From NCBI GenBank assembly GCA_038237845.1, contig JBBRYH010000002.1, positions 51,384 through 115,383 of the forward strand: 64,000 nucleotides of DNA, in the 5' to 3' direction. Source of the DNA: Bacteroidia bacterium (lineage in GTDB: Bacteria; Bacteroidota; Bacteroidia; Palsa-965). Below the pieces are notes generated by a model. That model ran no database searches. It was not told the DNA's origin and saw only the letters and a list, made by a program, of their open reading frames with translations. The stretch's first letter is position 1, and every line of letters begins with the position of its first letter. The position numbers were made by a program, and so were the translations under genes. This document shows, one piece after another, positions 36,240-46,384 of the stretch.

Positions 36240-38834
36240 TTGGGCCACTCTAATACTATAAAGCAAAAATACCGCCAAACCTTGGATAGCCTCTCTCAGA
36301 AACATGTACTTTTCAGACGCTTTTTGTTAATAAGCGTGCTGTTTTTAGGTACACTTCAAGGTTTCTGTTCAGCAGGTGATACCATTCCGCAGGGTGATAC
36401 TTCAAAAAATGTTAAAACAGTTAAACTAGGTACCACCTTAAAAGATATTGTAATCTACAGCGCACAGGATTCAATGTTCTTTGATCTCATTGCTCAAAAA
36501 GTATTTCTCTACGATAGCGCTGCAGTTGATTATACTGATGTTAGTTTACGTGCCGATTATATAGAAATCGATTTTAAAAATAGTGTCGTTTCTGCTGAAG
36601 GAAAAAAGGACAGCACCAATAAATACATTGAGAAAGCCATGATCACACAGGCAGATCAGACTTTTTATGGTGAAAAACTGAGTTTCAATTTTGAAACAGG
36701 AAAAGGAAAAGTCTCAGAAGTAAATACGGAACAAGGAGGAGGATTCTTACTTGCCGAGACCGTAAAAAAAGATACAGGTTCTGTTATTTACGGTTACAGA
36801 GGGCAATTTACCACTTGCGATTTGGATCATCCCCATTATGCTATTCGAGCTAAGAAGATGAAGATTATTCAGAATGATAAAATTATAACGGGTCCTGCCT
36901 ATCTTGAAATTGCTGATGTTCCTACTCCACTAGCTGTTCCATTTGGTTTTTTCCCAAATAAAAAAGGAAGAAAATCAGGGATATTAATTCCTTCGTATGG
37001 TGAATCGCCAACACTTGGTTTCTTCTTGAAGGATGGTGGATATTATTGGGGAGCGAGTGATAGATTCGACATGTCGCTGCGTGGCGATATTTATTCCAAA
37101 GGAAGTTGGGGTGCAAAATTGTATACGAATTATAAGGTTCGTTATAAATACAGCGGAAGCGTCAATTTAAAATATGCCAGAATTCTTACTGGCGATCGGG
37201 AACTTCCAACTACGAGAGTAATCAGAAATGATTTTTTTATTAATTGGTATCATACGCAGGATCCAAAATTCAATCCATCCATTCGCTTTTCTGCCAATGT
37301 AAATGCTGGATCAAGTACCTACAACTCGATTAATTCCGACAGGCCTAGTGATTATCTATCCAGCATTTTTAATTCCAATGTTTCAGCTTCAAAATCATTT
37401 AAAATTGGAGTTTTATCTGCGAATCTTAGACACTCCCAGAATACGATTACGCACAATGTGGATATGACTATTCCTCAAATTGCTTTTTCCGTAAATCGAT
37501 TTTATCCTTTTAAAAATTCAAAAAACCCTTCGAATAAATGGTATGACAAAATCGGGGTTTCATATAGCTCTGAATTTCAAAATAATTTAAATGTCGGCGA
37601 TTCGCTTTTCAGAAAAGAATACAGACCCTTATTAAAAGATAATTTCAGAAATGGAATCCGTCAAAGTCTTCCTATTGCAACTTCTTTTAATGTTTTAAAA
37701 CATTTTACATTAACTCCAGCACTTTCTTTTAATTCGGTAACCCAATTTCGAACCATCAATAAAACCTGGAATGCAGATTCAAACCGAATCGAAATCGATA
37801 CAGTAAATGGTACAAGAATGAATTTTGATTGGAGTGCAAGTCTTACCTTAAGCACACGAATGTTCGGAATGTATTACATGAATGGCTCTCGTTTTTCAGT
37901 TATCAGACATACACTTACTCCGAATATTTCATTTACATACATGCCAGATTTTACCGATAGCAAGTATGGATTTTACAAAACCGTTCAAAACAATTCATCT
38001 GGAAGTACCGAAAAATATTCAGTTTTTGAAGGTGGAATTTATGGGTCCTCTCCTCAAGGAAAATTAGGAACTATCGGCTTTGGTTTGCTAAATTCATTTG
38101 AAGGAAAACGAAGATTAAAACCAACCGATTCAACAGGTATTGCTCAACGTGTTTCATTAATTGATGCTTTGAACGGAGGATTCTCCTATAATTTAATAGC
38201 AGATCATTTTAATTGGTCTTATTTAAATGCAGGATTAAGAATGAAACTTTTCAAAAAAATAGATTTCAGCGCTGCTGTAATTGGCGATCCTTACAAAATG
38301 AGTGCAGAAGGAATTCGAATTGAAAGATTTGAATGGAGGGATAAAAAAAGAATTGCACGATTAACAGGAGCCAATTTAAGTATCGGAACCAGTTTAAGAA
38401 AAGGTGGCATTTCCGCAACAAACGAACGTACTTCCTCCAGAGGGACAGATGCAGAATTGAACATGATAAATTCCAATCCAAATGCCTATGTGGATTTCAA
38501 TATTCCCTGGAGTTTGAATCTGAGTTTCATTTTAAATTATTCAAAACCATTACTAAATGAAACATTCACACAAAGCATGCACATTGGAGGCGATTTAAAC
38601 GTTACTCCAAAATGGAAAGTAGGTTTCGATTCAAATTATGATTTACAACGTGGACAGTTTTCTTATGCTTCGATTAACTGTTACCGCGATTTGCATTGTT
38701 GGGAATTACAATTTAATTGGATTCCATTTGGCATTCGCCAGAGCTATAACATTACACTGAATGTAAAATCTGCTGTTTTGCAGGATCTTAAGCTTAACAG
38801 AAAACGTGATTGGTACGATTTTTCAGGAAGATAA
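36240..38834 (+). CDS. lptD: LPS-assembly protein LptD-like outer-membrane protein
   Basis: FTTCD..HPHY, PTPL.VPFGFFP, SGILIPSYGE, GG.Y, C-terminal RDLHCWE.F.W.PFG. Confidence 0.85.
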   Translation: MGHSNTIKQKYRQTLDSLSQKHVLFRRFLLISVLFLGTLQGFCSAGDTIPQGDTSKNVKTVKLGTTLKDIVIYSAQDSMFFDLIAQKVFLYDSAAVDYTDVSLRADYIEIDFKNSVVSAEGKKDSTNKYIEKAMITQADQTFYGEKLSFNFETGKGKVSEVNTEQGGGFLLAETVKKDTGSVIYGYRGQFTTCDLDHPHYAIRAKKMKIIQNDKIITGPAYLEIADVPTPLAVPFGFFPNKKGRKSGILIPSYGESPTLGFFLKDGGYYWGASDRFDMSLRGDIYSKGSWGAKLYTNYKVRYKYSGSVNLKYARILTGDRELPTTRVIRNDFFINWYHTQDPKFNPSIRFSANVNAGSSTYNSINSDRPSDYLSSIFNSNVSASKSFKIGVLSANLRHSQNTITHNVDMTIPQIAFSVNRFYPFKNSKNPSNKWYDKIGVSYSSEFQNNLNVGDSLFRKEYRPLLKDNFRNGIRQSLPIATSFNVLKHFTLTPALSFNSVTQFRTINKTWNADSNRIEIDTVNGTRMNFDWSASLTLSTRMFGMYYMNGSRFSVIRHTLTPNISFTYMPDFTDSKYGFYKTVQNNSSGSTEKYSVFEGGIYGSSPQGKLGTIGFGLLNSFEGKRRLKPTDSTGIAQRVSLIDALNGGFSYNLIADHFNWSYLNAGLRMKLFKKIDFSAAVIGDPYKMSAEGIRIERFEWRDKKRIARLTGANLSIGTSLRKGGISATNERTSSRGTDAELNMINSNPNAYVDFNIPWSLNLSFILNYSKPLLNETFTQSMHIGGDLNVTPKWKVGFDSNYDLQRGQFSYASINCYRDLHCWELQFNWIPFGIRQSYNITLNVKSAVLQDLKLNRKRDWYDFSGR

Positions 38835-38902
38835 TACCAAAATTTGCACAATACGTTTTTCCTTTCTTTCTACTCTTATATTTACGGTCAAATAAATCTT
38901 TC

Positions 38903-40312
38903 ATGAAAAAAATATTTCTGGCAATTTTTACCTTATCAGCCTTCACCTTTATTTTCTTTTCTTTTAAAAATGGCGAAGTACAACAGGTAAATTCAACTGA
39001 TAGTGATTCTCTTGTAATTTCAAAAATTTATCAAGAAGGTTATGCCGATTGGGGCGCCTATACTACACTTAAAGGTCTTTGTGAAAAAGCACCAAAACGA
39101 TTGGCAGGTTCACCAGGTGCTCAAGTAGCTGTTGAATATATGGAGCAAGTAATGAAGGACGCGCATTTCGACAAAGTCTGGTTGCAGCCTTGTATGGTTC
39201 CACATTGGGAGCGCGGAAAACACGAAACAGGACACATCATTTCAGCGGATGGAAAAACAAATTACGAAGTGAATGTTGCTGCTCTTGGTGGTTCATTGGC
39301 TACTCCTGACAAAGGACTTACTGCAGAAATTATCGAGGTGAAGTCATTTGAAGAATTAGAAAAACTAGGAAAAGAACAGATCCAAGGCAAAATTGTTTTT
39401 TTTAATCATCCATTTGATGACAGAAAAATTTCAACATTTGGTGCTTATGGCGAGGCAGTTGAATATCGTTGGCAAGGTCCACCTAGTGCTGAAAAATTTG
39501 GTGCTGTCGGATGTATTGTACGCTCAGTTACCAGTTCTATAGATACATTTCCACATACCGGAACGATGCGCAATGATTCTTTGGCTGCAAAAATTCCTTC
39601 CGCTGCCATTGCAACAAAAGATGCTGAATTTTTATCTTCCTTACTTGCAAAACAGAAGGGTGTAAAATTTTATTTGAAGATGTCTTGTAAATGGTTTAAG
39701 GATGAAAAATCTTATAATGTCATTGGCGAAATAACAGGCAGCGAACATCCTGAAGAAATAATTGTTGTAGGTGGACATCTAGATGCATGGGAATTAGGAG
39801 ATGGCGCACAGGATGATGGCGCTGGTGTTACAGGCGCTTTTGAAGCGGTAAATCTTTTTAAAATTTTAGGTATTCGTCCAAAGCATACTATTCGTTGTGT
39901 ATGTTTTATGAACGAAGAAAATGGTGGACGTGGCGGAAAAGCTTATGCTGATGAAGCTGATAAAAAGAAGGAAAAGCACATTGCAGCAATTGAATCCGAT
40001 GCGGGTGGATTTACACCAAGAGGATTTGGTTTGGATATGCTTTCTTCGAAAAAAGATAAAGTGCAAAGTTGGGCTCCTCTCTTTCTCCCTTATGGCGTTT
40101 ATGATTTCAGTCATGGCGGAGGTGGATCTGATATCGGACCTTTAGGAAAATCGGGTACTCCACTGATCGGACTAGAACCAGATGGCTCTCGTTATTTTGA
40201 TTATCATCATACGGAGGACGACGTTTTCAAAAATGTTAATCGTAGAGAATTACAGGCCGGTGCAGCTTCAATGGCAGCGTTAATTTATTTAATTGACAAG
40301 TACGGACTATAA
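38903..40312 (+). CDS. M28 family metallopeptidase (carboxypeptidase Q-like)
   Basis: GGHLDAW, GAQDDGAG, NEENG, ESD.G, YFDYHHT; signal-like N-terminus from ATG 38903. Confidence 0.92.
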   Translation: MKKIFLAIFTLSAFTFIFFSFKNGEVQQVNSTDSDSLVISKIYQEGYADWGAYTTLKGLCEKAPKRLAGSPGAQVAVEYMEQVMKDAHFDKVWLQPCMVPHWERGKHETGHIISADGKTNYEVNVAALGGSLATPDKGLTAEIIEVKSFEELEKLGKEQIQGKIVFFNHPFDDRKISTFGAYGEAVEYRWQGPPSAEKFGAVGCIVRSVTSSIDTFPHTGTMRNDSLAAKIPSAAIATKDAEFLSSLLAKQKGVKFYLKMSCKWFKDEKSYNVIGEITGSEHPEEIIVVGGHLDAWELGDGAQDDGAGVTGAFEAVNLFKILGIRPKHTIRCVCFMNEENGGRGGKAYADEADKKKEKHIAAIESDAGGFTPRGFGLDMLSSKKDKVQSWAPLFLPYGVYDFSHGGGGSDIGPLGKSGTPLIGLEPDGSRYFDYHHTEDDVFKNVNRRELQAGAASMAALIYLIDKYGL

Positions 40313-40406
40313 CCCAATAGAAAAAAGCTATCTTGGTTAGAAGTATTTCTGACTACTTTTGATCTACGATAATATTAATAATCAAATCATATAAAAATTA
40401 AATCCT

Positions 40407-40724
40407 ATGGCAATTGAAATCACAGACGCCAACTTTGAAGAAGTGGTAATGAAAGCAACTCAACCTGTATTGGTAGACTTTTGGGCAGAATGGTGTGGAC
40501 CATGTCGCATGGTTGGACCGGTAGTTGAAGAAATCTCTAAAGATTATGACGGAAAAGCTGTTGTTGGAAAAGTAGATGTGGATAGTAATCCTGAAATTTC
40601 GATGAAATTTGGTATTCGTAACATTCCTACAATACTTTTCTTTAAAGGTGGACAAGTAGTAGATAAGCAAGTTGGTGCTGCTGCTAAAAATGTATTGACT
40701 GCAAAACTTGATGCACATATGTAA
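40407..40724 (+). CDS. trxA: thioredoxin
   Basis: DFWAEWCGPC, IRNIPT. Confidence 0.98.
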   Translation: MAIEITDANFEEVVMKATQPVLVDFWAEWCGPCRMVGPVVEEISKDYDGKAVVGKVDVDSNPEISMKFGIRNIPTILFFKGGQVVDKQVGAAAKNVLTAKLDAHM

Positions 40725-40739
40725 TTTGAAATAATTCTG

Positions 40740-40772
40740 AAAAAGGCAGGTCTCATAAGATCTGCCTTTTTT
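40740..40772 (+). terminator. intrinsic terminator
   Basis: AAAAAGGCAG...CTGCCTTTTTTT. Confidence 0.8.
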
Positions 40773-40886
40773 TATTTTACACGAATTCCTTACTAATTCG
40801 AATTTGGAATAGAAAAGAAAAATGCATCAATTGACGATTCGTTATTCATTAGCATATTCGTACCTTTAGTAATTCGAACAACATTT

Positions 40887-41816
40887 ATGGCACTCAATCA
40901 CCAGGAACTTCAGCAATTCACACATCTTGAGCTTTTAGCTCGTCAGGTGGTGGAAGGCTTTATTACGGGTCTTCATAAAAGTCCTTTTCATGGTTTTTCT
41001 GTTGAGTTTGCAGAACATCGTTTGTATAACAGTGGAGAACCTACAAAACATATTGACTGGAAGCTTTATGGAAAAACAGACAAAATGTTTATCAAGCGCT
41101 ATGAGGAGGAAACAAATCTTCGTTGTCAATTAGTGATCGATCATTCCGCCTCGATGTATTTTCCAATGCCAGAGAAAGGAAAGAAGGAAGTTTTAAATAA
41201 GATTACATTTTCAGTCCAGTGCGCAGCAGCAATTTCCGAATTATTGAAAATGCAACGTGATGCTGTTGGTCTCAGTGTATTTGCTGAGGAAGTTGAAGTG
41301 CATACCCCAGCAAGAAGTAGTAATGTCCATCAAAAATTATTATTCAGCGAATTAGAAAAATTACTCGAACCGCTGAAACCTGAAGAACACAAAAAAACGT
41401 TCGCTGTAGAAGCATTACATCAAATTGCCGAAAGTATTCACAAACGTTCATTGGTAATTATCTTCAGCGACATGTTTGATTCTAGAACAGGATCTGAAGA
41501 TCTTTTTTCGGCCTTACAACATCTACGTCATAATCGACATGAAGTAATCTTATTTCATGTTACAGATAAAAAACATGAAATGGAATTTGACTTTGACAAC
41601 AGACCCTACACATTTGTAGATATGGAATCTGGCGAAGAAGTAAAAGTTCAGCCGAATGAGATAAAGGCAACTTATCTCAATTCAATAAACGAGTTTAAGC
41701 ACGAATTAAAATTGCGTTGTGGCCAGTTTCGAATTGACTTTGTAGAAGCGGATATAAATGACGGCTTTAAGCAGGTTCTTCTACCTTATTTGATGAAGAG
41801 AACAAGAATGCTCTAA
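40887..41816 (+). CDS. DUF58 (MoxR-associated vWA-like) protein
   Basis: G.HKSP.HG.SVEFAEHR.Y..GE....IDWK, K.YEEETN, D.SASM, IFSD. Confidence 0.93.
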   Translation: MALNHQELQQFTHLELLARQVVEGFITGLHKSPFHGFSVEFAEHRLYNSGEPTKHIDWKLYGKTDKMFIKRYEEETNLRCQLVIDHSASMYFPMPEKGKKEVLNKITFSVQCAAAISELLKMQRDAVGLSVFAEEVEVHTPARSSNVHQKLLFSELEKLLEPLKPEEHKKTFAVEALHQIAESIHKRSLVIIFSDMFDSRTGSEDLFSALQHLRHNRHEVILFHVTDKKHEMEFDFDNRPYTFVDMESGEEVKVQPNEIKATYLNSINEFKHELKLRCGQFRIDFVEADINDGFKQVLLPYLMKRTRML

Positions 41817-41927
41817 ACAATAAGATAATTGACCATTTTTCATCGACGGGTCAAAGCACTTTATTTTTGATTACCGTAATAAGGGGCACTAGAAACCTAT
41901 ACCTTTGTGCCGCTATTAACAACGGTA

Positions 41928-43886
41928 ATGTCTAAAGACGACCATCATCATTTACACAGCAAGGTTACTTTCGCCGGTCTCCTTGTAACGCTCGGAATCA
42001 TTTACGGCGACATCGGAACCTCCCCGCTCTACGTTCTTAAATCGATCGTAGACAAAAACCCGATTAACAGCGAAATTGTTCTCGGTGGTTTATCCCTTAT
42101 TTTCTGGACACTTACTTTACAGACGACAATTAAATATGTCATCATTACACTTCGAGCGGATAATAATGGTGAAGGTGGAATTTTTGCCCTTTACGCTTTA
42201 GTTCGAAGAACAAAGAGAAAATGGTTGCTAGTTCCTGCTATTTTAGGTGGTTCCATGTTACTTGCAGATGGAATTATCACTCCGCCGATTTCAGTTTCTT
42301 CAGCTATTGAAGGTTTGCGCGTTTTCAGTCCCAACATTAATACTATTCCCATTGTAATAGGAATCCTTGCCGGACTTTTTGTTATTCAACAATTCGGTAC
42401 ACGATTCGTTGGTCGTTTCTTTGGACCTGTGATGCTTGTATGGTTTGGAATGCTTGCTGTTCTTGGAGTTTGGATGATTCATTCAAATCCTCATGTGCTT
42501 ATGGCATTGAGTCCACATTATGCCTTTCAACTTCTAACACAACATCCTGGTTCCTTAACCTTATTGGGTGCAGTTTTCCTTTGTACTACAGGCGCTGAAG
42601 CACTTTATTCTGATTTGGGACATTGCGGCAGAAAAAACGTTCGTGCAACATGGTTTTTTGTAAAAACCGCTTTAGTTCTTAATTATTTTGGACAAGGTGC
42701 GTGGTTACTTCAAAATGAAGGTAAACTGATGTCGTCTTTTAAAGGAGGAAATCCTTTTTTCTCCATGATGCCGGAATGGTTTTACGGAACAGGAATTGTA
42801 ATTGCAACTGCAGCTGCAATTATTGCAAGTCAAGCCTTAATCAGCGGATCTTTTACACTTATCAACGAAGCCATCCGTTTAAATCTTTGGCCTAAAGTCA
42901 GAATTAAATATCCTTCCAATCTCAAAGGACAGTTATACATTCCTTCTATTAATTGGTTTTTACTGAGTGGATGTATTGGAGTTACTTTGTTTTTCCGTGA
43001 GTCAAGTAACATGGAAGCAGCTTATGGGCTTGCTATTGTGATTACAATGTTGATGACAACAATTTTGCTCAGTTATTATTTATTAATGAAACGTGCTCCG
43101 GTATGGTCAGTACTTTTATTATTGGCCGTTTACTTAACTATTGAGTCTTTATTCTTGATTGCAAACCTTGGGAAATTTATTCATGGTGGTTACATCACTT
43201 TGATGATTGCAACGTTATTGACAACAGTTATGTGGATTTGGTATGATGCACGAAAAATTCGAAACCGATATGTTGAATTTGAAAATCTTACACCTTACCT
43301 AAGTTTATTCGACAAACTAAGTCGCGACACTTCCATTCCGAAATTTGCAACACATTTAGTTTATCTAACAAGTGCGGATCATAAGGAAGAAATTGAATCT
43401 AAAATTATTTATTCGGTGCTTCAAAAAAGTCCAAAGCGAGCTGATGTATATTGGTTTGTTCATGTGCATGGAACTGACCAACCTTATACCATGGAATATA
43501 AAGTAACACAATTGGTAAAAGGAGAAGTTTTCAGAATTGACTTTTATCTGGGATTCCGTGTACCACCGCGCATCAACGTTTTATTCAGAAAAGTTGTAGG
43601 TGAGATGGTTTTGAATCACGAAGTGGATATTACCAGTCGTTATGAATCCTTGAAAGAAAAAAATGTAATCGGAGATTTCCGTTTTGTTGTGCTTGAAAAA
43701 TATCTTTCAAATGACAACGAATTACCGATTTACGAAAAAATCATCCTCGACATTTATGACCTTATTAAGCCACTTACACTTTCTGAAGAAGGTGCATTTG
43801 GTTTAGATACAAGTTCAGTTACAGTGGAAAAGGTGCCGATTGTAATTAATCCATCAAAACAAATTCATTTAAAGCGTTTAGAATAG
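41928..43886 (+). CDS. kup: KUP/HAK/KT potassium transporter
   Basis: LGIIYGDIGTSPLY, ADNNGEGG, DGIITP.ISV.SA.EG, TGAEALYSDLGH, GQLYIP. ATG 41928 follows TACCTTTG (41900-41907). Confidence 0.96.
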   Translation: MSKDDHHHLHSKVTFAGLLVTLGIIYGDIGTSPLYVLKSIVDKNPINSEIVLGGLSLIFWTLTLQTTIKYVIITLRADNNGEGGIFALYALVRRTKRKWLLVPAILGGSMLLADGIITPPISVSSAIEGLRVFSPNINTIPIVIGILAGLFVIQQFGTRFVGRFFGPVMLVWFGMLAVLGVWMIHSNPHVLMALSPHYAFQLLTQHPGSLTLLGAVFLCTTGAEALYSDLGHCGRKNVRATWFFVKTALVLNYFGQGAWLLQNEGKLMSSFKGGNPFFSMMPEWFYGTGIVIATAAAIIASQALISGSFTLINEAIRLNLWPKVRIKYPSNLKGQLYIPSINWFLLSGCIGVTLFFRESSNMEAAYGLAIVITMLMTTILLSYYLLMKRAPVWSVLLLLAVYLTIESLFLIANLGKFIHGGYITLMIATLLTTVMWIWYDARKIRNRYVEFENLTPYLSLFDKLSRDTSIPKFATHLVYLTSADHKEEIESKIIYSVLQKSPKRADVYWFVHVHGTDQPYTMEYKVTQLVKGEVFRIDFYLGFRVPPRINVLFRKVVGEMVLNHEVDITSRYESLKEKNVIGDFRFVVLEKYLSNDNELPIYEKIILDIYDLIKPLTLSEEGAFGLDTSSVTVEKVPIVINPSKQIHLKRLE

Positions 43887-43950
43887 AGCCAAATTATATA
43901 ATTTACACTCGGTTAAATACCATTATTACTTCTTTCAGACTACATTATCC

Positions 43951-44499
43951 TTGCCTACAAAAATCGCACTGCCGCCAGAAAGTGAAATCATTGCCTTGTT
44001 AAAAGCAAGAGATGAGAAGGGCCTACGTGTGCTTTATGATCATTACTCCGCTGCATTATATGGAGTAATTTTTCGGATTGTATTAGAAAAGGAAACGGCT
44101 GAGGATGTACTCCAGGAGTCGTTTATTAAAATTTGGAACAATGTAGCCTCCTACGATTCTTCAAAAGGACGCTTATATACTTGGCTTTTGAATATTGCTA
44201 GGAATACTGCCATTGACAAAACCAGGTCTAAAAATTTCAGAAAAGAAAGTAAAGTCTACAGCCTTGAAGATTTCGTATATACCGTAGATAAAAGCCATAA
44301 CCACTCTACAGCCATAGATCATATCGGTCTTAAAAAGTTTGTAGATGAATTAAAACCTGAGCAAAAGCAGTTGATAGACTTGCTTTATTTTGGTGGATAT
44401 ACACAATCAGAAGCAGCAGAAGAATTAAAGCTGCCGCTTGGAACAGTAAAAACAAGAGTAAAAGCAGCTTTAATTAAGCTACGCGAAATATTGAAATGA
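43951..44499 (+). CDS. ECF sigma factor (SigK-like)
   Basis: LYD.YS..LYG, EDVLQE.F.KIW, TWLLNIARN.AID, YTQSE.AE.L..PLGTVKTR. Confidence 0.94.
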   Translation: MPTKIALPPESEIIALLKARDEKGLRVLYDHYSAALYGVIFRIVLEKETAEDVLQESFIKIWNNVASYDSSKGRLYTWLLNIARNTAIDKTRSKNFRKESKVYSLEDFVYTVDKSHNHSTAIDHIGLKKFVDELKPEQKQLIDLLYFGGYTQSEAAEELKLPLGTVKTRVKAALIKLREILK

Positions 44500-45341
44500 C
44501 AAACGAAGAATACATATCCTCTGGCATCCTCGAGACTTATGCGCTCGGTGCTGCAACGCCTGCTGAAAAGCTGGACGTAGAGAATATGCTTTCATCATCC
44601 GAGGAAATTAGAAAAGCCCTGGATCTTATTCAAAAAGATCTTGAAGTTTATCTAACGCTTCATGCTATAGAACCTGATGAGCGTTTGAAAGAAAAAGTTC
44701 TTGATGCAGTTAAAAAGGATCAGGCTTCAAACCCTTCCATTGAAAATGGAAAAATCATTTCATTAGTTAAAGAATCAAATTCTACTCGACTAAAGAACTA
44801 CGCAATAGCAGCTTCTTTAATACTTGTTGTAAGTATTGCAATTAATTTTTCTCAATGGAGAAACGGAAATTCGTTGAAAGCAGAAAAATTGCAACAAGAC
44901 ACTATTCTGTCAGCTGAAAAAACGCAGAAAATGTTTTTTGCTTCTATGATGGTTTCATCGCAGGAAAAATTGGATAGCGCAATGGAGGAATTGAAATTCA
45001 TTAGGAATCCAATGACTCAAAATATTGCTTTGAATAGTATGGTGAAGGGTCATCCAATGAAAGCAACCATTTATTGGGATATGAAATCAATGCAAGTAGC
45101 CGTGGATCCTTTAACACTTCCAGCAACTGCATCCGACGAAAAATATGTTTTGTGGGCAGTGATAGATGGTAAGGCAGTAAATGAAGGCAACTTTGAAATG
45201 AATGCAAACACAGGAATGCTGATGATGAAAGTAATTCCCGAAGCAGAAGCATTTGCTATCAGCTTGGAAAAGTCTGGAGATATTCCTGTTGCTGAAGGTC
45301 CTATTTATGTAATGGGAAAACCAAGTCCTACTGCTCCCTGA
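44496..45341 (+). CDS. anti-sigma factor (RskA-like)
   Basis: YISSGILE.Y.LG, one TM, Y.LWA..DG, FAISLE; ATGA overlap with the sigma gene. Confidence 0.9.
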   Translation: MTNEEYISSGILETYALGAATPAEKLDVENMLSSSEEIRKALDLIQKDLEVYLTLHAIEPDERLKEKVLDAVKKDQASNPSIENGKIISLVKESNSTRLKNYAIAASLILVVSIAINFSQWRNGNSLKAEKLQQDTILSAEKTQKMFFASMMVSSQEKLDSAMEELKFIRNPMTQNIALNSMVKGHPMKATIYWDMKSMQVAVDPLTLPATASDEKYVLWAVIDGKAVNEGNFEMNANTGMLMMKVIPEAEAFAISLEKSGDIPVAEGPIYVMGKPSPTAP

Positions 45342-45381
45342 TTTTTACGATATTTACTTCGTTTTAAATCGGTGATTATCC

Positions 45382-46380
45382 ATGCGTTTAATTTTATCGG
45401 CTTTAATTGCTGCGACTTTTCTCCTTTCAGGGGCTTGCAAGAATGAGCTTGATATTCTGGACAATTATCATTCAGAATTAGTTCTTTATGGAATTTTGAA
45501 TCCAGCAGACACTGTTCATTACATCCGTGTTTCAAAAGTTTTTATTGGTGAAGGAAATGCATTAGTCGCTGCACAGAATCAGGATAGTATTGGCTTTTCT
45601 CCAGGAACCATGCAGGTAAAAATTGAGCAATGGAAGAATGGTGTTTTGCAAAATACTTATTTGCTCACAGAAGACAGAACGATTCCACGTGATTCGGGTG
45701 TTTTTGTTTATCCCTATCAAGTTCTTTTTCGATCTCGATTTACCGTTACTCAGGATGGAAGTACTTATAAAGTTATTGCGACTGACTTAACAAAAGGAAC
45801 TTCTGCAAATGCAGAAACTGCCATTGTTCAAAATGTTTCGGTAATAGAACCCTTTAGTAATTCTACACCAATTAATTTGTGGGATACAACCACCATTCGA
45901 TTCAAATGGAAGTCTGGTGTTTTTGGAAAACGATATAAGTATACGATTCGATTTCATTATACAGAACAGTTTATCTACGACACAACTGAAACCTCTGAAC
46001 ATTTTCTGGATTGGGAAATCGGACAAGTGGATGCACCAAGTATTGCAGGAAATGAAACGATGATACTTTACCAGGAACGAGAGAACTTTTTACGTACACT
46101 TTCACAACGCATCCCACAGAACAATTATGTAAGAAGAATTGCAGGGAAAATGGATTTTATTTTTCTCGGGGCTGGAGAAGAGCTCGCAACTTATCTTGAT
46201 GTTCAGGTTGCTAATTCAAATTCATCTGCTTCATTACAACCTTACAGTAATATTAATGGCGGTTTAGGTTTATTTTCCGCAAGAACAACGAATGTATTTT
46301 CGGGGTATTGGCTAGATGCGAATACTCGTTATCAGATGCGCATCAGCACTATTACACAAGGATTAAATTTTGTTCGATAG
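45382..46380 (+). CDS. lipoprotein, DUF4249-like
   Basis: Lipobox SGAC, LYGILN, YIRVSK.F, C-terminal YSNINGGLGLFSAR. Confidence 0.75.
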   Translation: MRLILSALIAATFLLSGACKNELDILDNYHSELVLYGILNPADTVHYIRVSKVFIGEGNALVAAQNQDSIGFSPGTMQVKIEQWKNGVLQNTYLLTEDRTIPRDSGVFVYPYQVLFRSRFTVTQDGSTYKVIATDLTKGTSANAETAIVQNVSVIEPFSNSTPINLWDTTTIRFKWKSGVFGKRYKYTIRFHYTEQFIYDTTETSEHFLDWEIGQVDAPSIAGNETMILYQERENFLRTLSQRIPQNNYVRRIAGKMDFIFLGAGEELATYLDVQVANSNSSASLQPYSNINGGLGLFSARTTNVFSGYWLDANTRYQMRISTITQGLNFVR

Positions 46381-46384
46381 CTAT

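Noticed and set aside
41817-41927. Possible c-di-AMP or other riboswitch upstream of kup
   Set aside because: The -7 promoter element is only 20 nt from the ATG, leaving no room, and no riboswitch consensus is visible.
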